Source of the DNA: an uncultured delta proteobacterium
GTDB taxonomy: Bacteria; Myxococcota_A; Polyangia; Polyangiales; Polyangiaceae
DNA: 64,000 nt
NCBI GenBank assembly: GCA_963782055.1
Contig: CAWAIF010000003.1
Coordinates: 1,600,001-1,664,000 of the forward strand
Reading direction: 5' to 3'
This document shows, piece after piece, positions 10,316 to 20,279 of the stretch (positions are counted from its first letter, which is position 1; each line of letters begins with the position of its first letter). Position numbers and translations under genes: made by a program. Under the pieces are notes generated by a model. That model saw nothing but the letters and a program-made list of their open reading frames with translations. It was not told the DNA's origin and made no database searches.

Positions 10316-13132
10316 ATGCGTAGCGTGCGGCTTCTTCCCTGCGTGCTCGGCTTGGTGCTCGCTCTCGGCTGCGGGGGCACGCCGCGGGCGCGCACGCCGC
10401 ATGCGCCCGCGGCGCACGTGGGACGTCCGCCGGAGCAGTTCATCCAGAGCACCCACTGGGGCGACGTCACCACGCTGGCCTTCTCCCCCGACGGCGCCTA
10501 CCTCGCCTCCGCGGCCGAGGACCGGACGCTGCGTGTCTGGGACGTGCCCCGCCGCCGCGAGCTGCGCATCTTCCCCGTTGACGGCGAGGTCACCTCGCTC
10601 TCCTGGGACGGTCACGCGCGGCTCATGGTGGGACGAGAGCACGAACGCGCTGTGCTCCTGGACGTGCAGAAGGGCACCGAGATCGCCGAGCTGGGTGCGA
10701 TCGCGCGCACGGGCCCGTTCCGCGTCCCGGGCAACCCCGCCCGCTGGCTCGCCTGGGCGGACCGCGGTAGTCACTTCGACGAGGGGCTCGCGACGTTCGA
10801 CGACGACGGCAACCGCGTCGCCAACCTGGAATCGCTGCAGGCCGTGGGGGATGCCCCCATCGCCTTCACCCCCGACGCCTCGGCGGCCAGCGTCGCCCCC
10901 CCCTTCATCGACACGAAACCCGTCCTGCTTCACCGGGTGGGCGCCAGCTTCGTGCCGGTGGACGTGAAGCTTCCCGCAGCGCCGCCCGACTCGCGCTGGA
11001 CGGCCCTCGTCCCCGCTCCAGGCGCCGCCGCCGCCGCACTCCTGGGCGAGTCGGGCCCGTCGTACCTCGTCGGCGCGCGCGCGCCGCGGCCTCTGCCCAC
11101 ACCGGCGGATCACGTGGTCCGAACCGCCGTCTTCTCCCCATCGGCAGACGCGCTCGCCGTCGTCCTCGCCGACAAGACGTCGTGGTTCTATCCCGGCGCC
11201 GGGTCGCTGGCGGTGGTGGACGTCGCGACCGACGCGCTGCGCTTCGCCGAGGCGCCCGGCGGCACGACCGTCCTCGCCTTCTCCCCCGATGGTCGCACCA
11301 TCGCCGCCGGGGACGTCCTCGGCCGCATCACCCTCTTCGACGCGCGCACCGGGCGGCACCTCGGTGCGTTCGGCCAGCGCATCGTCGGCGGTGGGTGGCT
11401 CCACTTCGAGGGCAACGAGCTGGTGGTGGAGTCGTGTCGCGGGGTGACGCGGTGGTCGCTCGTCACCGGCGCGCTGCTCCGCCGGCGCGCCATCAAGTGT
11501 GACGAGAAGCGCATCCGGAGCCTGGACCGCGCGCACGCCGCCGGCCTGACGCGCGTCGTCACCGCCCCGGACGGCACGACCTACGCCGGCGACGAGGACG
11601 GCAACCTCCTGGTGACGCGCGGCGGGCGCACGATCGCGCGCGGGAAGAGCGACGGGCTCGCCATCGAGCAGCTCGTGCTCGACCCGAAGGCCGGACGCCT
11701 CGCCTCGGTGAGCAGCGACCAGATCGTGCGCATCTGGGACGCGAAGACGGCGGCGGTGCGCGCCCTCTTCATCGCCTTCGATGACGACGAGTGGATGGCC
11801 ACCACCCCGCGCGGGGCCTACTTCGGCACGCGGGAGGTGGACGATCGCGTGGGCTGGGTCTACGAGGACCCCCTCGACCTCTACTCCTTCGCGCAGTTCA
11901 AGGGGGAGTTCGAGTCCCCGGACCAGGTGCGGCGCAGGTTGGCCGGCGAGGACGTGGAGGCGCCGACGTACGTGCCGCGCCCGCCGAGCGTCAAGCTCGT
12001 CTCCGCGCCCACCACCCCGGTGCGCTCGGTCGCGGCGACGGTGCGCGTGGCGGTCGGGTCGGAGAGCCGGGTCGCCGCGGTGCGCGCCTTCGTCGAGGCA
12101 CGGCTGGTCGCCGAGGTCCATCCCTCGCCGGGCGCGCGCACCGTCGACCTCGCCGTCCCGCTGCGGAGCGGCACCAACCACGTCAGCGTCGTCGCCTTCG
12201 ACGATCAGGGCATCGCCTCCAACGAGCTGCCCCTGGAGATCCAGAGTCTGGCGCCGCCGGGCGCGCGCCCGGACGTGTGGGTCGTCGCCATCGGCGTCAG
12301 CGCGTACCCACACCTGCTCGACCTGGTGCGGCTCCCGCCGGCGAGGCGCGCCCGGGAGCTGGCCGACCTGCAGCTGCACGCGGCCCGTCGCGACGCCGAG
12401 GCGATCGCCGGCGCGATGGGGGCGATGGCCGGCCCGGGCAAGGCCTACGCGCGCGCACACGTGGTGCTCCTGCCCGACGCGCGGGCGGATGGCGACTCCA
12501 TCCGCCGCGCCCTCGGCGGGCTCGCCGCCATGCGCCCGTCCGACCTCGGCGTGATCTTCTTCGCCGGCCACGGCCTGGAGTCCAGGCACGGCGACATGGT
12601 GCTCGTCACCGGTGGCGCGCAGCTCGCCGCGGACGGCAAGGGCCTCACGCCGGAGTCGCTCGCCGGCGCGACCGTGGGCTGGCAGGAGCTGGCGGACGCG
12701 CTCTCCCGTGCGAAGGGGCGAGTGCTCGTGTTGCTGGACGCGTGCCACTCCGGCCACTTCAACCAGGATCTGGTGCCGCCCAACGGCGTGCTGGCGGACC
12801 GGCTGGTGCGCGACGGCCGTGCCGGTGCCATCGTCTTCGCCGCCGCGAAGGGCCGCCAGTCCTCCTACGAGGGCGACGTCCGCCGGGACGCGCGCGCCGG
12901 CGCGGCAGCTGGGCGCGCGCCACGCGCCATGCACGGCCTGTTCACGTCCGCGATCCTCGACGCGCTGGCCGACGCCTCCACCGACCGCAACCACGACGGG
13001 ACGCTGCAGGCCTCCGAGCTCATCGACGCGACGACCGACCGCGTCTCGCAGGCGTCCGGCGGGAAGCAGACGCCGTGGGTCGTGCGGCGAGAGGAGTTCG
13101 GCGACTTCGCGTTGAAGCGCGTCGCGCGGTGA
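10316..13132 (+). CDS. WD40-repeat caspase-family (peptidase C14) lipoprotein
   Basis: Lipobox LALGC; WD40 [30 protein letters not shown]; Ig-like segment; catalytic dyad motifs FFAGHG and [13 protein letters not shown]. Start could instead be GTG 10325. Confidence 0.9.
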   Translation: MRSVRLLPCVLGLVLALGCGGTPRARTPHAPAAHVGRPPEQFIQSTHWGDVTTLAFSPDGAYLASAAEDRTLRVWDVPRRRELRIFPVDGEVTSLSWDGHARLMVGREHERAVLLDVQKGTEIAELGAIARTGPFRVPGNPARWLAWADRGSHFDEGLATFDDDGNRVANLESLQAVGDAPIAFTPDASAASVAPPFIDTKPVLLHRVGASFVPVDVKLPAAPPDSRWTALVPAPGAAAAALLGESGPSYLVGARAPRPLPTPADHVVRTAVFSPSADALAVVLADKTSWFYPGAGSLAVVDVATDALRFAEAPGGTTVLAFSPDGRTIAAGDVLGRITLFDARTGRHLGAFGQRIVGGGWLHFEGNELVVESCRGVTRWSLVTGALLRRRAIKCDEKRIRSLDRAHAAGLTRVVTAPDGTTYAGDEDGNLLVTRGGRTIARGKSDGLAIEQLVLDPKAGRLASVSSDQIVRIWDAKTAAVRALFIAFDDDEWMATTPRGAYFGTREVDDRVGWVYEDPLDLYSFAQFKGEFESPDQVRRRLAGEDVEAPTYVPRPPSVKLVSAPTTPVRSVAATVRVAVGSESRVAAVRAFVEARLVAEVHPSPGARTVDLAVPLRSGTNHVSVVAFDDQGIASNELPLEIQSLAPPGARPDVWVVAIGVSAYPHLLDLVRLPPARRARELADLQLHAARRDAEAIAGAMGAMAGPGKAYARAHVVLLPDARADGDSIRRALGGLAAMRPSDLGVIFFAGHGLESRHGDMVLVTGGAQLAADGKGLTPESLAGATVGWQELADALSRAKGRVLVLLDACHSGHFNQDLVPPNGVLADRLVRDGRAGAIVFAAAKGRQSSYEGDVRRDARAGAAAGRAPRAMHGLFTSAILDALADASTDRNHDGTLQASELIDATTDRVSQASGGKQTPWVVRREEFGDFALKRVAR

Positions 13133-13141
13133 GCGCGCGCG

Positions 13142-13435
13142 TCAGTTGGTGAGGCGGATCCCGCGCTTGCGCAGGCACTGATCGTTGACGTTCTCGTAGC
13201 CCTCCGGGCACTGGCCCTGCGCGTCGGGCTCGGGCGGCGGCCCGGCGTCCTCCTCGGGGGCCGGGGTCGCCACCGCGGTGTCGCTCGGCTCGGGCGTGGC
13301 GGAGGGCGTCGGGCTCACCGCGTGGGTACCGGCGTCGCCGGCGCACGCAACGACCGCGAGCGCGGGCAGGAGGAAGGAAACGGCGAGCCAGGATTCCACA
13401 GTCCGGAGTATCGGCGGCCTCCGCGTCTCCAGCAA
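13142..13435 (-). CDS. Small putative lipoprotein (Pro/Thr-rich linker, C-terminal CPEGY...C)
   Basis: Fills the gap directly after the STAND gene; hydrophobic stretch followed by VVAC; start codon uncertain. Confidence 0.5.
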   Translation of the reverse strand: MLETRRPPILRTVESWLAVSFLLPALAVVACAGDAGTHAVSPTPSATPEPSDTAVATPAPEEDAGPPPEPDAQGQCPEGYENVNDQCLRKRGIRLTN

Positions 13436-13438
13436 GAC

Positions 13439-16400
13439 TCACGCGGACGCCGTCGTGCCGTCACCGCCACGCGCGAGGTCCTGCAGCTCGGGCGTCTCGA
13501 CGCCGGGGCGCCTGCCGAGGAGCTCCAGCGCGCCGCGAGCGACTGCGCGGCCCTGGTCCATCTGGCCTGCCGCTCGCAGGCGGCGCGCCGCGAGCACCAG
13601 GGCCGCGATGGGCAGCTCCAGCAGCTCCGGTCTCGGCTGGATGCCCAGCACCTCGGCCTGAAGCTCGACCGCGATCGCCGCCGTGCCGGCGGTGTCGCCC
13701 GCCTCCGCCGCGTCCACGAGGGCCAGCGCGCGGAGCTGCGCCGCGCGGAGCGGGTCGGGCGTGGCGCCGGCGCGCTCGGCCAGGAGCCGCTCGGCCTCTT
13801 CGTCTCGCCGGCCGCGGGCCACCGCCCGCGCGGCCTTCAGCCACGCGCACGACGCGGCGACCTCGTCGTTGTGGCTGCGCGTGGCGAGCTCGTCCGCGCG
13901 CGCCAGGACCCTGTCCACGTCTTCGCGGCGGAGCAGCGCCCGCACGTGGGCCAGCGTGAGGAGGGTGTTCGCCTGCTCGCCGAAGAGCGTGAGCGAAGCG
14001 TCGACCTCGGCCGCCCGGACCAGCGCCGCCTCGGCTTCCTCCAGGTGTCCTGCCTCCAGCTCGTAGGAGCCGACGTTGCCGAGGGCGATCGCCACCAGCC
14101 GCGGGTCCTCGATGCGCTCGCCCAGGGCGAGCTGCCTCCTCGCGTGGGCCACCGCCGCGTCCAGACGCCCGCGCTCGCGCTCCGCCACGCCGAGGTTGCC
14201 GAGCGCAGCGGCCAACGTGCGCGTCAGGCCGGCGCGCGTCGCGATGTCCAGCGCCTCCTTCCACAGCGCCAGCGGCGTCTCCAGGTCTCCAAGCCGCCAC
14301 GCCGAGGTGCCGGCGGTGATGCGCGTGGTGGCCCGCGCGGCGTCGTCCCCGCTCTCGTCCGCCCACGCCACCGCGCGCTGCGCCAGCGCCATGGCGCCCG
14401 CCCCGTCCCGCGACTGCGACGCGATGGCCTGCTGGCGGCGCGCCTCCGCGGCGTCCGCCAGCGCCCCGGCCTCGTGGAGCTTCTCGCTGGCGTCGGCGAG
14501 CAGCGTGCCCGCCTCCTCCGCGCCGCCACGCAGCGCGAGGATCTCCGCGCGCCGCACCCCCGCGCGCAGCGCCAGCACCCGCTCCCCCGCCGCGGTCGCC
14601 CCCTCGCTCGCGGCGGAGAGCAGCGTGAGCGCGTCGTCGAGCAGGCCGCGCTGCTGCGCGAGCAGGGCCATCCGGAAGCTTGCCTCCGCCACGAGGAGGC
14701 TCGCGCCCAAATGCCCTGCGATGGTGCGCGCCGCGGCGACGACCGTCTGCGCGGCGGCGACCTCCCCCGTGGCGAAGAGGCCGTCGAACGCCGCGAGCAG
14801 CGCCCGGGTCCCGTTCGCCGCGGGCCGCCGCGTCAGCTCCTCCAGCACCGCGCCCGTCGAGGCGTCCTGGGTGCGCGTCATCTGCTCCAGGAGGGCGCGC
14901 GCGATCTCCACCACGATCGCCGCGGCCGGCCCGGAGCCGGCGCGGGCCAGCGACTCGGCGGTGAGCGACGCGCGCCCCGCCCGCGCCGCGCGCAAGAGGA
15001 GCGTGACCAGCGCGCCCTGGAGTGCCTCGAACCGCGTCGCCCTCCGCGCGAGGCCGAGCACACCCACCGGGTCGCGGCAGGACGCCTCGTGGTGATCGGC
15101 GAGGAGGTACTCGAGCAGGCGAGGGGACTGAAACCGCACCAGCGTCCGCTCGCCGTCCCAGATCTCCACCAGCGCGCCCAGGTCCAGCAGCTGCGCGTAC
15201 GCGCTGTCGCGCTCCACGTTGCGCAGCGCGCGGCGCAGCGCCGGCACGTCGTACAGGTCGTCTCTCGCCACCGCGTCGGTGCCCGCGGCGTCGAGCTCGC
15301 CCGCGACCGAGCGCAGCAGGGCCCCGCGCTCGTAGAAGGGACCGGTCGGGTCGCCCTCGGCGACGACCACGTGAGCAAAGTACATCCGCATCGCGTCGTC
15401 GCTGGAGAGGTCGCGCGGCACGGCGCGCCCGCGGTACGTCGCCGCGAGCAGCCGCAGCATCAGCGGGTTGCGCATGAGCGCCGCCGTGGAGCCGCCGCGC
15501 AGCTCGTCGAAGGGCGTGAGCGGGCGGAAGGCACGCGTCTCGCCATCCTCCGTCTCCGCGCGGTGCTCGCGGTAGCGCGCGTACAGCTCCGCCACCTCGT
15601 CCGACTCCAGCTCCCCGATGGGGACGTAAGGCACCCGTCGCATCTGCGCGCCGGCGCGCTGCTCGGTGGCGAAGTAGCGCGTCCCCTCCAGCCGCCCGAA
15701 CCGCGACTCCGCGGGCAGGCGCTCCCACGTGCCGGCCCCCATCGTGGCGATCACGCGCACCCAGGGGTAGTCGCTCACCTGCCGCACCAGGGCGTCGAGC
15801 GACCCGACGAGTGCGCCCAGGTCCCCGGTGTGCTCGTTCAGCCCGTCGACGAGGACCCAGAGGCGCCGCCCCGCCCGAGCGAAGGCGCGGCTCGCCCCGC
15901 CGAGGAAGTCCTCGAAGAAGGTGTCGCGGAGGCCGAGGTCGCGCAGCACGCGCGACTGCAGGTCCGCGCCGGGGAGCGCGGCGGCGCGATAGAGCAGCAC
16001 GACGTCGCCCTGCTGCGCGCGGCGCAGGGCGTGCTCGGCGAGGAGGGTCGTCTTGCCACTCCCGCTCGCCCCCGCGAAGACCAGCGCCCGGCAGTCAGAG
16101 GCGTCGAGCTCGCCCACCGGTCGTGTGACGGCGCGGGGCAGGACGACGACGCCGGGCAGGTAGCGACCGGACGCGACGAGCTCGCTCATCGCCGGCCCGG
16201 TCACGCGGCTCGCCGCCTCGCGCAATGCGTCCACGCTCAGGTCGCCGAGGCGCAGCAGCCTGGCGTCGGTGGCCTTCTGCGCGAGCAGCGCGCGCCAAGC
16301 CGCCGCGCGCCCCTGCCGCTCCACGTGCGCGCCCTGGGTGCCGGCGTAGATGAGCGTGGAGCGCGTGTTGCCCTCGAAGAGCAGCACGTCGTCGCCGCCC

Positions 16401-17236
16401 TCGCCCCTGTCGAAGAGCGGGTCGAGCGCGAGCGAGCGTCCGTCCTCCGCCACGAAGGCGAGCACCTCCGCCCCGCCGAGCGTGTAGCGCGCGAGGAAGC
16501 GCGCCTCCTCCAGGACCTCCTCGAGCACCGGCGTGTAGAGGGCGAGCAGCTCCCGCGCGCGCGCGACCGCCAGGTCCGAGCCGTGCGCCAGCCCGTTACG
16601 GAGCTTGATGAGCGCCTGGATCTTGCCCAGCTTGCTGGTGCGGGTGCGCGCCTGCCCGCGCTCGTCCTCGTAGGGTGTCTCGGCGAGGAACCAGCTCCGG
16701 CAGCGCAGCTCCAGGTGATCGTAGGCCGCGGGCAGCTCGCGGAAGAAGGGCTCCACGCCCGCGTCGCGGAACGCGGCGAGCGCTCGCACCGAGAAGAGGT
16801 GCCAGACGCTGATGAGGGGGCGCTGGAAGTCTCGCGAGAGCAGCTCGTTGAGCTGCGCGTCGCGCAGGGGCGAGCGCAGGTACTGGCTGGCGAGCGTGAG
16901 CGCCCAGACCTTGAGCACCCGCGTGAAGGTGTCGACCAGGAGGCGGCAGCGCTGGCGGGGATCCTGCTCCACCGCGAAGCGCCGGTAGGTATCGGCGATG
17001 GGCGCCGGCATGCCGCGCACCAGATCGGGTGTGGCCTCGACGCGCGGTGGCTCCGGCGTGGTCACGACCCCGGCCGCCACCGCGACGCCCTCGGCGAAGG
17101 TGACCGGGCCCCCGGGCCGCAGCACCCGCGGCTCTCCCCGCGCGGGGACCAGGACCACCTCGCCGGTCAGCTCGTCGAGCACCAGGAGCCCGTCTTCCGA
17201 CGGGAACGCGGTGTAGCGCTTCAGGGGCGAGGGCAT
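13439..17236 (-). CDS. STAND/NACHT-like NTPase with N-terminal HEPN-like domain and C-terminal TPR repeats
   Basis: LIKLRNGLAHG; Walker A GASGSGKTT; Walker B LWVLVDGLNE; RNPLMLRLL (GxP-like); TPRs AAALGNLGVAERERG and AIALGNVGSYELEAG; start MPSPLKRY. Confidence 0.85.
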   Translation of the reverse strand: MPSPLKRYTAFPSEDGLLVLDELTGEVVLVPARGEPRVLRPGGPVTFAEGVAVAAGVVTTPEPPRVEATPDLVRGMPAPIADTYRRFAVEQDPRQRCRLLVDTFTRVLKVWALTLASQYLRSPLRDAQLNELLSRDFQRPLISVWHLFSVRALAAFRDAGVEPFFRELPAAYDHLELRCRSWFLAETPYEDERGQARTRTSKLGKIQALIKLRNGLAHGSDLAVARARELLALYTPVLEEVLEEARFLARYTLGGAEVLAFVAEDGRSLALDPLFDRGEGGDDVLLFEGNTRSTLIYAGTQGAHVERQGRAAAWRALLAQKATDARLLRLGDLSVDALREAASRVTGPAMSELVASGRYLPGVVVLPRAVTRPVGELDASDCRALVFAGASGSGKTTLLAEHALRRAQQGDVVLLYRAAALPGADLQSRVLRDLGLRDTFFEDFLGGASRAFARAGRRLWVLVDGLNEHTGDLGALVGSLDALVRQVSDYPWVRVIATMGAGTWERLPAESRFGRLEGTRYFATEQRAGAQMRRVPYVPIGELESDEVAELYARYREHRAETEDGETRAFRPLTPFDELRGGSTAALMRNPLMLRLLAATYRGRAVPRDLSSDDAMRMYFAHVVVAEGDPTGPFYERGALLRSVAGELDAAGTDAVARDDLYDVPALRRALRNVERDSAYAQLLDLGALVEIWDGERTLVRFQSPRLLEYLLADHHEASCRDPVGVLGLARRATRFEALQGALVTLLLRAARAGRASLTAESLARAGSGPAAAIVVEIARALLEQMTRTQDASTGAVLEELTRRPAANGTRALLAAFDGLFATGEVAAAQTVVAAARTIAGHLGASLLVAEASFRMALLAQQRGLLDDALTLLSAASEGATAAGERVLALRAGVRRAEILALRGGAEEAGTLLADASEKLHEAGALADAAEARRQQAIASQSRDGAGAMALAQRAVAWADESGDDAARATTRITAGTSAWRLGDLETPLALWKEALDIATRAGLTRTLAAALGNLGVAERERGRLDAAVAHARRQLALGERIEDPRLVAIALGNVGSYELEAGHLEEAEAALVRAAEVDASLTLFGEQANTLLTLAHVRALLRREDVDRVLARADELATRSHNDEVAASCAWLKAARAVARGRRDEEAERLLAERAGATPDPLRAAQLRALALVDAAEAGDTAGTAAIAVELQAEVLGIQPRPELLELPIAALVLAARRLRAAGQMDQGRAVARGALELLGRRPGVETPELQDLARGGDGTTASA

Positions 17237-17261
17237 CACCCCGCAGCTTATCCCGCCTCCC

Positions 17262-18275
17262 TCACGGCGAACACGGATCGCGCAGGGCGATGTTCGCCCG
17301 GGCGAGCGTCCGCTTCGTCCCGCGGTCGACGAGGTCGTCCGGCATGGCGGCAACCGCAGCGCGCGCTTCGTCGCGGCCGCGCATCAACGCGACGACCGCC
17401 TCGTTGCGCCGGACCGCGCCCGGCAGCTCGGGGTCCGCGCCCGACCAGCGCGCCTCGGCGTCGTGGTGGCCGTCGCGCAGCGCCTCGCAGTAGGCGTCGT
17501 CCTGCCGGGCGCTCTGCGCGTCGGTGGGGTGCGTCGGGAAGCCGAAGGAGACGCTCTGGGTGAAGTGCGGGTAGGGCAGACCCTGCGGCACGCCCTCACG
17601 CATCCAGAGCACCGACGCCCGCGCCCACACGATCGCCTTCGGCCGGATCCCCGCGCGCGCCTGCGTGACCTCCCGCGCGAAGGTGAGATGGAGCCTGTGG
17701 TAGGCGTTGCCGCGGATGGCGGGCTCGACCGCGACGACGCCGCCGTCCCCCCAGCGCATCGTGAACGCGTCGAGCCCGCGCAGCGCCGCCTCGAGGGCGC
17801 GCAGCTCGTCCGCGGGTGCGGCGACGAAGGTGGGATGGAAGCAGGCGGCGAGCCGCGCGTGCCAGTCCGCGTCGTCGCCGTCGGGGCCATCGTCGAGGTG
17901 AGGCACCTCCCGCCGCAGCAGGCCCCAGCGTGCCCCGGGCGTCGCGGTGCAGGTGACGACCACGTGCTCCTCCCCGGGGACGTCGTCGCAGACGGCTGGC
18001 TGCAGGCACTGCTGGTCCGTAGCGAGCACCCGGTTGGCCTCCACCGTGCAGTACGCGTCGCGCACCTCGACAGCGGCGCGCGGCGCCGGGTACGGCGGCA
18101 GGTGGGGATCGTCCGGCGTGGTCGCCCAGAGGTCCAGGGTGCGGTGGAGCAGGCAGGACGTGTAGACCTTCGGCGGCTCCGGGACGCGCGCCGGGGGCGG
18201 CGCGACGGCGCGGGTGCCGCACGCCGTCACGATGGCGGCCAGCACCACGCCCGCGGATCCGGCGGCGCGCCTCAC
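17262..18275 (-). CDS. Hypothetical lipoprotein (probable paralog of the upstream gene)
   Basis: GTG start overlaps the upstream TGA (GTGA); lipobox VTAC; C-terminal part of ORF 17262..18836. Confidence 0.65.
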   Translation of the reverse strand: MRRAAGSAGVVLAAIVTACGTRAVAPPPARVPEPPKVYTSCLLHRTLDLWATTPDDPHLPPYPAPRAAVEVRDAYCTVEANRVLATDQQCLQPAVCDDVPGEEHVVVTCTATPGARWGLLRREVPHLDDGPDGDDADWHARLAACFHPTFVAAPADELRALEAALRGLDAFTMRWGDGGVVAVEPAIRGNAYHRLHLTFAREVTQARAGIRPKAIVWARASVLWMREGVPQGLPYPHFTQSVSFGFPTHPTDAQSARQDDAYCEALRDGHHDAEARWSGADPELPGAVRRNEAVVALMRGRDEARAAVAAMPDDLVDRGTKRTLARANIALRDPCSP

Positions 18276-19180
18276 GGCTTCCCCTTCGCGCACGGGTCCA
18301 CCGTGGTCTCGGCGCTCGCGTCGACGGCCTCGTCGATCGCGCGCGGCGCCATCGCCCGCGCCTCCTTCAACCGCCCGGCGAGGGCGAGCACGAGGGGGAA
18401 GTTGCGCGAGGTGGGCTCGTCCTTGCGGTAGTAGCTCACGATCGGCTCCCACGCGATCCCCGACGCGTCCCGGGGCTTCTCGTGCTCCATCCCGTCGCCG
18501 GTCCCGCGGAGCAGCCACGGCACCATGCCGTCCTCGAAGGAGAGGCGGAGCACCGCCTGCGTCGGATGGAAGGGCAGGGTCACCACCGGGCGTCCCGCGC
18601 GGGCGGCGTGCACGGCGACCGCCGTCTCGTCGGGGCCGGCGACTGCCGAGTAGAGGCACGTGCCGTCGGGCTCCTCGCGGCAGTGCCCGAGGAAGGGCGC
18701 CTCGTCGTGCTCTACGGTCACGATGACGTACGCCTCGCCGGGGGATGGAGGGAGGGCGCCCGGGTCGGCCGCGAGCGCCGCCTCGTAGCGCGCGACCGCG
18801 TCCTTGGGCCACACCGTCGGGTGCACCGCGTAGCACCGGGACAGCCGATCACGCAGGTCCTGGCTGGGGGACCGCTCGGAGTGCTGGGTGGCGGCAAACG
18901 TCGGGTCGAGCGCGCTCCCCGGCTCGCAGCGCACGCGCCGGCCGGCGGCGGTCTCGCGGACCACGCAGGTGAGCTGCACCACGCCGACGCTCGCGCCCGG
19001 CGTGGGCCACGGCGCCTCGCCCGCCGGGACGGCGCGCGTGTAGAACGTCGCGCGAAACGACGCGTGGCTGGTGAAGTGGTCGATCGGGTGCCAGTCGGCG
19101 CCGGCCCCGTCGGCGGATTCGTGCGCGCAGCCGGCGAGCGCCGCGGCGAGGGCTGAGAGGACGGCGAGCGCGCGGCGCAT
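18272..19180 (-). CDS. Hypothetical lipoprotein
   Basis: Signal peptide and lipobox MRRALAVLSALAAALAGC. Confidence 0.7.
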   Translation of the reverse strand: MRRALAVLSALAAALAGCAHESADGAGADWHPIDHFTSHASFRATFYTRAVPAGEAPWPTPGASVGVVQLTCVVRETAAGRRVRCEPGSALDPTFAATQHSERSPSQDLRDRLSRCYAVHPTVWPKDAVARYEAALAADPGALPPSPGEAYVIVTVEHDEAPFLGHCREEPDGTCLYSAVAGPDETAVAVHAARAGRPVVTLPFHPTQAVLRLSFEDGMVPWLLRGTGDGMEHEKPRDASGIAWEPIVSYYRKDEPTSRNFPLVLALAGRLKEARAMAPRAIDEAVDASAETTVDPCAKGKP

Positions 19181-19235
19181 CGAAGGCCGTCGGACGCGCT
19201 CGGCGGGCGGCGTATTCATCTGCTAAGCATGCGGC

Positions 19236-20276
19236 GTGGGCCGCTCCTTCTACCTCGCACCCCTGCTCCTGCTCCTTGCCGCGTGTGGCGGCCGCACCGA
19301 GCTCGGCGCGGCGCGGGCCGATGCGAGCGTGGTGGACGCAGGCGTACCACGCGACGCGGGCGTGGATCGCGGCGTGCCCGCGGCGCCGGGGAGCGTCGTG
19401 CTCTTCGGGGGGATCGGCGGTCCCGCCGCGGTGACGCCCTTTGGCGACACGTGGGGATGGGACGGCTTGGCCTGGACCGAGCTCCAGACCGGCGGCCCGG
19501 CGCCGCGCTGGGGTGCGGCGTCCGGACTGCGCGACGGCAAGCTCGTCGTCTTCGGCGGCTGTCCCGGCACGACGGCGTATCTGGACGACACCTGGACGTT
19601 CGACGGCTCGGCGTGGGCATCCGTCCCCTCGAGCGGGCCCGTCGCCCGGGTCTACGCGGCGACGGCACCCTCCGCCGGTTCCCTGCTGATGATGGGCGGA
19701 GATCCGAGCGCCGCCCCGTGGCTGACCGAGATGTGGTCCTTCGACGGCAAGGCGTGGAACAAGCTCGGCGCCAGCCTCGCCGGGCTTCCGGCCAACAGCG
19801 TCGGCGGGCCGGGCCTGCCCTTCCAGCCGGCGGTCTCCCTCGCCGGGCGGGTGGTGCTCTTCGGCGCCATCGGCCCGCAGAATCAGGTCCTGGGCGACAC
19901 TTGGTCCTTCGACGGCACCGCATGGCACCAGCTCCCCGTGAAGGGCCCGGCCGGCAGGTACGGCGCCGTCTTCGCCACGCTGGGCAACGAGGCGGTGCTG
20001 TTCGGCGGCTCGACGGACTGGGTGGGCGAGCACCCCGAGGGAGACACCTGGCTCTTCGACGGCAAGTCGTGGAAGGCGGTCCCCGGCCCCGGCCCCAGCC
20101 CGCGCGTGCTCGCAGCGGCCGCGGAGCACGACGGCAAGCTGGTGCTCTTCGGCGGGGAGGACGCCATAGACCACGTCCTGGACGACACCTGGGAGTTCGA
20201 CGGCACGTCCTGGGCGCAGCTCCCGGTGCACGGTCCGCCCGCGCGCGCGGCGGCGGCCATGACGACGCTCCCCTGA
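19236..20276 (+). CDS. Kelch/galactose-oxidase-type beta-propeller lipoprotein
   Basis: Lipobox LLAAC; six repeats of the form VLFGG...DTWxFDGxxW. Confidence 0.85.
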   Translation: MGRSFYLAPLLLLLAACGGRTELGAARADASVVDAGVPRDAGVDRGVPAAPGSVVLFGGIGGPAAVTPFGDTWGWDGLAWTELQTGGPAPRWGAASGLRDGKLVVFGGCPGTTAYLDDTWTFDGSAWASVPSSGPVARVYAATAPSAGSLLMMGGDPSAAPWLTEMWSFDGKAWNKLGASLAGLPANSVGGPGLPFQPAVSLAGRVVLFGAIGPQNQVLGDTWSFDGTAWHQLPVKGPAGRYGAVFATLGNEAVLFGGSTDWVGEHPEGDTWLFDGKSWKAVPGPGPSPRVLAAAAEHDGKLVLFGGEDAIDHVLDDTWEFDGTSWAQLPVHGPPARAAAAMTTLP

Positions 20277-20279
20277 GCG

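Noticed and set aside
13322..17563. 1413-aa plus-strand ORF (likewise 9737..12994, 55440..57941, 58848..61739, 43921..46626)
   Set aside because: Antisense mirrors of real genes caused by codon bias; no recognisable motifs
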